From IMG/VR virus record IMGVR_UViG_3300020161_001148, positions 1-29,129 of that record: a stretch of DNA of 29,129 nucleotides; one strand, 5' to 3'. This DNA is from a virus. Lineage: Duplodnaviria > Caudoviricetes. Below, piece after piece: positions 14,670 to 23,900 of this stretch. The first letter of the stretch is position 1. Every line of letters starts with the position of its first letter. The notes under the pieces were generated by a model, which saw only the letters and a list, made by a program, of their open reading frames with translations, was not told the origin of the DNA and did no database searches. A program made the position numbers and the translations under genes.

Positions 14670-14972
14670 TTATTTTAGAAATCTGTTAATCAGTTTAGAT
14701 GTGACGAACTCAACAAGTTCTGGAGCGATAGCACCACTGATGCTGAACAGCACAGCCTTGTACATCGGGTCCATGTCAATTGGGTACAGTGCAAAGTAGG
14801 TAAGCACACCAACAATGCCACCTGCGGCAATCTTCTTAACCCAGACTACCCAGTGGTATTTCTGGGCAGATAGCATAAGCCTAGCCGCCGCACCCATTGC
14901 TCCAAGGATGCCTACAATCCAACCGCCCTTGATAAACTCAGAGGCTACTTCCTGTAGGCTACGGTCACTCAT
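14670..14972 (-). CDS. holin (LydA-like, about 3 TM)
   Basis: 100 aa from MSDRSL; three hydrophobic segments, basic C-terminus; start overlaps the end of the giant gene. Confidence 0.75.
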   Translation of the reverse strand: MSDRSLQEVASEFIKGGWIVGILGAMGAAARLMLSAQKYHWVVWVKKIAAGGIVGVLTYFALYPIDMDPMYKAVLFSISGAIAPELVEFVTSKLINRFLK

Positions 14973-17900
14973 CGAACATGCGAGCCACCGCATCCTCCTC
15001 GTTTTCAAAGACTCCAGCCAAGACACCGCTGGGGAAGAACACCTTAAACTTGGTATCCCATCCTCTTTGATATCTGTTCTGTTCACGGATAATGGTGAAG
15101 CCTTCATTGTTAGTTACGGCAGTCCAGTCCTGCATGACAGGCTCCATACCCTTGCCGTTGTAAATCGGACCTTCCTCGACAACGGAGAACGATGTCTTGT
15201 TATCGATAGACTTCGCTCTTTCGTCCTTGGGAGGCTGGTCGTGTCTGGAGATGTCCGCTGTGCCAGTCACGATTTCGCTTGGCTTAGCCTCTTGTCCAGT
15301 GACGGGGGCAACGCCCTGCTGTTCGTATTCGAATCTAGCACGAGCCAGACGCTCCTTGGCGGCTACAACGCTGGGGTCTTTATACCAAGAACCCTTGCTG
15401 AAGATGTATTCTCCGCTGGAATGCAGTCTGTTCCAAGTCTGGCTGTTAGGGTAGATTACAATCTGACGCTTAGCACCAGTGTCGGGATTGGAAAGCCAAG
15501 TGACATCGGGGTATCTTCCAATCTCAGCGAGGTTGGTTTCAAGTGTTCTTGCGATTTCTGGAGAAAGCATGTTGGCATGCGTCTCAAGGAATGAGCCAGT
15601 GAACGAAGCGAGTTCGTGGGCGGGAAGGACTCTGGACTGGTTCTGGCTTCTAGCCATCAGTTCGACACGCTTGATGTCGTCATGGAACATTCTGATGCCA
15701 ACCTGCAATCTCTGTAGGTCGGGGGCAGTCATGATGTGCGAAGCCTTAAGGTCAACGAGACCATCGGCAGACTTGTAGCCAGCAAAGAACAACTTGTAAG
15801 AGGAGCCTTGCTTGAAGGCGTGGAACATCCCGTTGGGGGTTCTGAACAACGCATCATTCGGGTTAGCGACAGGCACATCAAGAGTCTTTCCGTCAGAGCC
15901 AACGACAGCCTTACCGTACTCCATGTTGGGAGACAGCAGTTTAAGCGAGTCATCGATAGCCAGCACATTGTCTCTGGCTTGGGGTCTGCTGTTCCAGAAT
16001 CCTTCTACCTGCTTCTTGAAAGACTTGATGGCAGTATCCGTCTGAGCCAGTTCAAGGAAGAGTTTCTTGGTGTCTTCAAGCAACTTCTTATGAGTGCTTT
16101 CCAACTGCTTACGCTTGAACTCTTCGGTGATGGATTCCTCGTAGACCTTCTTCTTCTCAGCCTGTCTTGTAGCCTTGTCGTCTTGAATCTTGCGAATGAT
16201 GTCATCGACCATCGTCTTCTTGCCCTGTGTGTTGTGAGCCAAGAATCTAGCCGCAGACTCCCAGTCGTCACCAAAGATAGACTGAAGGTTCTTTCCTTCG
16301 TTTCTGGTAAAGGCTTGGATAATGGATTCTCTGTAAAGCGGGTTCTCTACCAGTTCGGTTACGGGGATGTATCTCTTGTCCTTGGGGTCGTTGACCTTGG
16401 CAAGCAGGTGGAAGGCGAAATCAAGTTCTTCAAGTTTCAGTTTGCTGAAGTCAATCTTGCCATCCTCACGCAGGTTTTCTGGAAGCATCAGTTCTGCAAG
16501 GCGTTCCTTGCCAGAGATTCTGCCAATGGCATGCTCAATGACTTCTGGTCTTTCAGAGATTTCCTTGAGGTAAAGGTCAAAGGCTCTGTCTAGGAAGGTG
16601 CCTTCGACTTCAAGTTCCTTAATCTTCTTTGTTTCACGGACACGCTTAGCGTAGCCGAACTTAGCAAGTTTCTCTTGGTGACCAAACTCAGCCTTGATGT
16701 CGAACTTCAACTGAGAAGCCATGTCTGGGAAGTACGCACGAAGAAGGGCGTAACCTTCTTGGTCGATAGCAATAGGCATACCAGAACCCTGCTTAGCAAT
16801 CTGTCCTTCAACCTGCGACTTTCTTGCAAGTGCGGCACCGAAGATGTCAATCTCACGGACACCACGCATGGCAAGGAACTTGTTTCTGGTCATCTCACCA
16901 CGAATGATTTCGGAGATGATTGGGTTGGTAGTAGTGACACCGCCAACGATGGCTCCGTATCTGTAGCCCTGCGAAGACGAGTCTTGGACACGCTCGGATG
17001 TCTGTCTAGACTCCCACTTTGTATAGGAAGAGGCGGTTGCAATGTCCGCTCTGCTAGGATGGAATTCAGAAAACACGCTTGGGAATACGGCGGCTTCTTG
17101 AGATGTAGGAGCAAACTTCTTAAGAGGGTCTCCAGACATTCCTTCTTCCTGCCAACGCTTGAGCAGAGCAGATGTCTTAGAGTTGGGGTCAATGAAACTG
17201 AACTCGCCAGCAGTCTCGTTAATCGTGGCAATCTCGGCGTTAACACGCTCAAGTTCAGCCGCTCTAAGGATTTCCAAAGACGATTGAACTTCCTTGATGT
17301 ACTTAACATACACCGTCTTCATCTCTTCTGGGAGCAAAGCGTGGGTAGCGTCAATCTGCTTTAGTCTGTAGGCTCTGGCTTCCCTGTACTTCTCTTCGAC
17401 AATCTTGTTAGCCTTGTTGGCTTCAAGAACTCTGTCTGTTCCTTCAAGTTGTGCGATGACGGCATGCTTGATTCTGTTCTCAGAGAGGGCAGTCATGTAG
17501 TCCTTCTCAATCTGAGACCACATATCTACAGCCACCTTGAAGTCTTTTGCTTCTGGGCTTGCTGTGTGGTGCTCAAGGAATTCTTCCGCAGTTCTGATGT
17601 TATCGCCCATGCTACGAATCATTTCCTCTCTGCTAAGAGGACCGTCAGCAGACTTGATAGGCAGAAGACTAGCGTCAGTCTCAAGGACCGTCTTAAGGTC
17701 AAGTTTATCAAGAGCGGTAGGGTCGCCAAACTTCTTGTAGGTTTCGGAAAGGTCAGAAAGCAGGAGTCTGAATCTACGCATGTACTCCTCTGTTGACACA
17801 AACGGTTCCTTTTCAGCATAAAGTTCGGTGGGATTACCAAACTTATCAAGAATAGGTTCAGACAGGGGGAGGTATCTCGGCTTTTTAACCTCACGCTCCT

Positions 17901-20900
17901 TGCCCTGCAAACCAAGGCTTTCAGCCATCAGTTGTTCAACGGTTCCAATAGCGACATCATCTTCCTTGTCGGGGAACTTCTTATCGATTCTGGCAACTTC
18001 TCTTTCGTAGGCTCTACGCTCTTCCTTAGAGAGCACCTTGCCGCCACCACTTCTACCAGTGAGAAGCGTACCGCCAGTGGTGATGCCCTTAAGACCTTCA
18101 AGGACTTTGTCAGAGCCGCCTTTTGCGGCAAACAACTGACGCTCAAGCCAGTTCATCTCTCTCTCAAGAGCATCAAACTCGTCACGGAAAGAACCAGTCG
18201 TTCCGTTTTCGATAAGGTCTAGAATCTCTCCGTTCTTTGTCATCTCAGTATGACCAGCAACAACCTGCTCAATCGCTCTGCTTACGACTTCTCTAGGAGG
18301 GGCGGTCTCAGTATCGGAGAGTTTAGCGTACTCCCCTTCGTTGACCATGTCGCTATCCCAAAGGTCTCTTTCATACATATCCAAGTCTTCCTTGGTTTCG
18401 AACATTTTTCCTTCACCAACAAGGGCATCCTGTGCTTCCTTGTTCTTAAGAAGACCTTCCGTTGTCAGATAGAATAGGTGCTTGTCAACCTCCTTGCCCG
18501 TTTCATCAATCAAGTCCTTAAGTCTCTTGGATTCGTTCTTAAGGTATCTAGGTGTAGCATCCTTAAGCCCACGCTTAATCAATTCTTCTCTAGCACCAGC
18601 CTCAAGTTCACGAATGCGTTCCTTGATTTTCTTGATTCTTTCTGGGTTTCTCTTGAGCACTTCCCAAATCTTTTTCTTTTCCTTAACGAAGTTGGCAGAC
18701 ATCAAAGCCTTCATCTGCTTCGTAAGTCTTGCGTGGAAGTTAAGGGTGGTGTCGATGTCGATGTAATCTGCATCGTTCATCTTGGCGAGCATGTCAGTGA
18801 CCTGCTTAGGGGTGTCGTAGTGAGTGACCCATTCAACGCCAGCCATCTGACCGTTCTCGTCAGTCACGATTCTGTACAGGTCTCCAATGGCCTTTTTGCC
18901 TTTATTGAATTCGCCCTGCGATTCACGGGCAATCGTCTCAATGTTCTTCATTCTGCCACCCTTGACAGGCACCTTGGACTCTGGCTCAAGTCTTGTAAGG
19001 ACATCACGGCGGTTGTCCGATGTGACAAGAAGAAGGTTACCAGCACGGTAGACAGCCAGTTTCTTGAACTCTGCGGCGGCCTTAGAGCCAGTCACATTTA
19101 CGGTGACGGGAATCTTTCTCTGATTAAAGCCCTTTCCAGAGGGAAGGTTAGGATTGTAGTTAGGGTTATCCTCAAATGTCTTCTTCGTCTGCTTAAACTC
19201 TGTGGCTTCCTTTACCGCTTCATCGTACTTAATGCCAGTGCTAGACTGAATCATAGCAAGGGCGGCAGTATAGGCATCATTGCCAAGTCTCTGTGCGGTC
19301 TTGAACAGCACCTCGTCAGCATGGAAATCTCCAGCATCGATAGTCGCAAGACGCTTGGCTTCTTCAATTGTCTTAAAGTACTTACCATCGATATGCCAGC
19401 CGTTAGCCTTGTAAGCGGCGTATCTAGGCTGTTGTTTGCCAAGGGTAAGTTCACCAATGTCCTTGAGGGTGATACGATTAATCGGTCCTCTAATCTCTCC
19501 AGACACTAGTTCGTTGAAATTTCTGTAGGTCTGAGTCTTGGTGTCTTCATTGAGACCCTTATCTCTGGACCAGTAGTAAGTGTTTTTTGCCTTATCAAAG
19601 GTAATCTCGCTGAACGGAATCACTTTGATTTCCTTTCCGTCAATGGCTTTGGCGATTACATACTTAGGCTTCTTGTCGATGTAGATAATTCTGCCATCGG
19701 TTTCCTCAAACTTGTTATCTTTAAAGGAGGTGAATTCGCTCCATCTCTTGATGGTTCTGATTTCTCCAGTAAGTCCAAGGTCAAACTCCTTGCCATCCTT
19801 GCCGTCTCTTTCGACCTCACGCATTTTAACGCCCTTGTAGTCATTGTTCTTGGCGTATTCAATGATGTCAGCGTCAGTAGCCACATCTTCCTCGATGCCA
19901 AATCTCTTACGCAAATCGGCAAGTGCTCTGGCAAGTTCTCTGTCAGACACCTTAACTCCATCAAAGGTAGTGAACACTACTCTCTCCTTCTTGACCTGCC
20001 ATCCCTTGGGGAACTTAAGTTGGTCAACCGTATCAATTGTCTTCTGGGCAGGAACTTCAAGTTTCACATAGTGACCAGTAGCATCAAGAACTTGCTTCTT
20101 TGAATCGCCAGACCAGTTCATCGAGATGAAACCGTAGTCCAGCATCTTAGCGTAAGCCGCCTTGAGTCTGACATCGGTAACCTGCTCGGTTTCCTTGAAC
20201 ATCTTCTCAAGGCTGGCAAGTTTCTGCTTGATGGCTGGGTTGTTGCTATGCTTCTTGTAGGTTCTAGCAAGCGACTGCATCAGAACAGTAAATCTCTGGA
20301 GCGGAGTTTTGATTCCGTCCTTCTTAATGCTACGCTGGAGAACCTTGTAGGCTTCGTCCATGGCATCACGGTACTTGCCGCTTTCATCAGCGTTAGTAGT
20401 TCTCGATTCTGGGTCCGTGACCTGTCGTTCTTCCGTAACTCGCTTCTTGAACGACTCTGGCATGGTAACGCCGTCTCTTTCGAGGGCGATTTCAGTCATC
20501 TGAGCCAGTTCTGGGTCTTGTTCTGAGGCTCTCATCGCTTCAATCTCAGCGATTCTAGCATCGTAATCCATCTGGAGGATTTCGTGGACCTTCTTTTCCG
20601 CTAGGTCAGCCTTCTTCCAAGTGTTTACAATAGGGTCTTCACCTTCAATCGCTTTAGTCAGTTGAAGAATCTTAGAGCGGAGTTCGTTGCTGAAAGTTCT
20701 GGCTTCAGTTGTGTCCTTCTTCTTGGAATGGGTCTCAGCCGCCTTGATGTCTTCGTCATTCTTTTCCAGTTTCTTCTGGTAAAGAGCAAGGTCGTCCAAC
20801 TGTTGCTTTCTGAACTTAGCATGAGTCTCAAGGTTGTACTTGTTGAAAGTTTCAATGACATCTTGCAGACCAGTAGTGGTCATCTGCTTTCTTACATTCG

Positions 20901-23900
20901 TAAGTTCACCAACATTGAATACATCCATTGCCCCGATTGGGTCGGGTCTTCCAAGGTAGTACTGGGCAAGACCAGCCATCATCTCATAGCGAAGAGAATT
21001 GTCCTTTGAGATTTCAAAACTCTTGGCAGTACCCTGCTTGCTGATGGGTCTGGCAGGTTCAAAGTCGTTAGGATTAGATGTAGTTCTCAGAACATTGACC
21101 TGCTTGGTCTTTGTCGAGGGAGTGGCACCAAGAACCTCGTCAGCCACATCGAACATCTTGTAAGACGCAAGCATCTGAACGAGTTCGTTTCTGATAGCAT
21201 CAAGTTCAGTATTGTGCTTGGCTTCAGCCTTACGCTTCTGTTCCCAAGTAGCCTTGATGTCTGCCTTGGTCTTGGCAATAGACTGCTGGAGTGCGTATCT
21301 ACGCTTCCAGTTTTCCATCAGAGCCATGTCAATGTCAGCGGCAGTTCTCTGCCTAATGTCACGAGGAAGAACACCACGCTCTCTGTAGGCTTGGTACTCA
21401 ATAGGAGATAGAGACTGAAGTACGCCGAAGGAAACCTTGCCGCCCTTGGTGATATTGATGGGAGCATCTACACCAAAGACGCTGTTGTACATGGAACGAT
21501 ACAGTTCCGCTTCAGTCCAGCCCTTGAATTCTGGAGTCTTCAGAAGATGACCAATGAACTGCTGTCTTGATGTTTCGTTTTCCTTTCTGACTTCAGCCCA
21601 CCAAGAGGATTCTTGAATGAGTTGATTCTTCTGGGAGGCAGAGCGGTTAACCAGTTTCTGCTGGGCAGGAGAAAGGACTTTGGTTTGAGGCTGTACAACG
21701 ATGTCAGCGGCGGCAGTGACGGGGATTTCGTTTTGAGTTACTGCGGTGATGGCACTAAGTTTCTCTTGAAAAATTTCAACAACAGCGTCTTTAGGGTTTG
21801 GAAGAGTCTGAGTAACTTTACCATAAGCCTCAGAAAGAGCCATAAACTCATTATAAAGTTTCAAGCGTTCTGGGTTCTTTCTAATCTCTTCTCTGCTAAG
21901 TCCTTGTGCGGCAAGAGCCTTTTCTTTTTCTGAAAAAGCCTTCTCTGCCGTACGAGACTTGCCAAATGATTCATCCATTTTCTTTTGGTTTTCCGCAACA
22001 ACTCTGTCGTATTCAACAGTCATTTGCTCGATGGTTCTTTCTGCAATTTTTCTTGCTTCTGGAGTCATGAGGGAAACCTGTTTCTGGAACATCAAGTAAT
22101 TAGCACCTGTATTCTTTGTATCATCAAAGAATGAAAGCCCTCTGCCTTTCATGGATTGTCCAAAACTTCCAAACATAGATACCGCTCTAGACATTCCCAT
22201 TACCTCCTCGCTAAGTTGATTTGTCTTAGGCGGCTCGGAAGGAACTCCAGTTCTGGCTCTGGTTCTTTCACCAAGAGACATACCCTTAGGAATGATTGTG
22301 CTAGACTGCTCTTGCTCACCAAGTCTTGCTCTCGTTCTGTCACCAATTCTGGTGCTCTTAGGGGAGAAGTTTCCAGTGATAAAATCAATGGCAGAGATGT
22401 CAGTCTGTCTGAAGTTCTGGAAATCAGTAAACGCAACGACTCTTTCACCTTCTGCCGTTCTTACGGCAACGGCTTTGTAGCCCATAGACGCAACCTTGCC
22501 TAGGAAAGTTCTATCCAGTTCCTTGAGGGAATGGATTCCGTCACTGTCAACAAGGTCAAGAACCTCGCTTGCACGAAGTCTCATGTAGCCTTCAGTTAGG
22601 GTGCTATGGTTCTGGTTAGCACGGTCCTTATCGAACCAAGCGTAATGAACTCCATCAACCTTGTCGCTGGCAAACAGTCGGTAAGGCTCGCCGCTAGGAC
22701 TCTTAAAGGTAGTTTCGTCTTGGAGCACACGCTCGGACGGACTCAGTTCTCTGCCAGTGTGGTCACGAAGAGCCTTAGAGGACGGTGCAAAGTTGCCCTT
22801 GTTAAGAGGGTGGGCATGCTTGTGGTTGTAGTAGAAGCCTTCACCATGGAGGTGCTTAGGCTGGTCAAGGACACGGTCTACACGGAAAGAAGAAAACACC
22901 ATGAAGCCTTCGTTCAGAGGGCCACCAATGTTCTCTCCGTCACGATTCTTCTTGAAGGGAACCTGCAAGTCAGACGGGTAATGGAAACCCTTCTCCTGCA
23001 TGACTTCTGGAGAATGTCTGGAAGGTCTGGCACCAATGATGCCGTTAATGATGTCACGCTTTGCTCTTCCTTCGGAGCCACCACCAAAGAAGTCAGCACC
23101 AGCCATGGCAATATCGCCAAGGGAGTAGTTGCTAAGAAGTCTCTTGATGTCGTGGTGAATCTCTTCTTCCGATTCGTAGTACTGCTTAACCGTGGCAGAA
23201 CTGATGGAGCGAGGAGAGTCGTGCCTACGCATATGGTTGTAGGCGTATCTGACACGGCGGTCCAAAGCCTTCATGTCCATGCCATGAACGACAAGGACAG
23301 GCTTACCTACGAGGTAAACGACATCTGGGTCATCGATTTCAAACTCTTCACGAAGAGCCTTAGTCATTTTTCTACGCTCAAACTTAAGGTTCATCTCGTA
23401 GGGGATGATGTCACGGGTCTTTTCTCTGCCGCTGACACGCTCGTTACCAACTCCAGTAGGAGAGCCTTCCTTGGTATAGGAATAGCCCTGCTGTGTGTCG
23501 CCCTTGTAGGTAAATCTAAGGATGTTGTTTCCGTCAGAACCCTTGTTGTGAATGGTTCTGTTGAAAGCCGCCATTCTCTTTACAACGCTGGCAGGTAGGA
23601 ACTCGCTGAACAGGTTAACTTCAGCGTCAGTCATGTAGCCCTTGATGGTGTACTCTACAGGACCATAAGCCTCCGACTCCTTCCGCATGGTATCAAGGTC
23701 GATGTCCCATTCTCTTTCCGTAGCCAAAGCCTTCTGTTCTTTTCTGGAAAGATTAGCCTGTTTCTCAGCCTCTCTGAGAAGTTTTCTCTGTCTCTTCTTG
23801 ATTTCGTTTTCAACCTTCTTGGCTTCGGCTTCAAGTTCCTTGGCCTTCTTGCTCTTAGGAGCAAACGAACCTTCTGGAGCAGTGGCAGAAGCCTTGACTT

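Noticed and set aside
18034-18066. Walker A-like TGRSGGGKV in the giant protein
   Set aside because: Lacks S/T after K, no Walker B follows, and it sits in a Gly-rich linker
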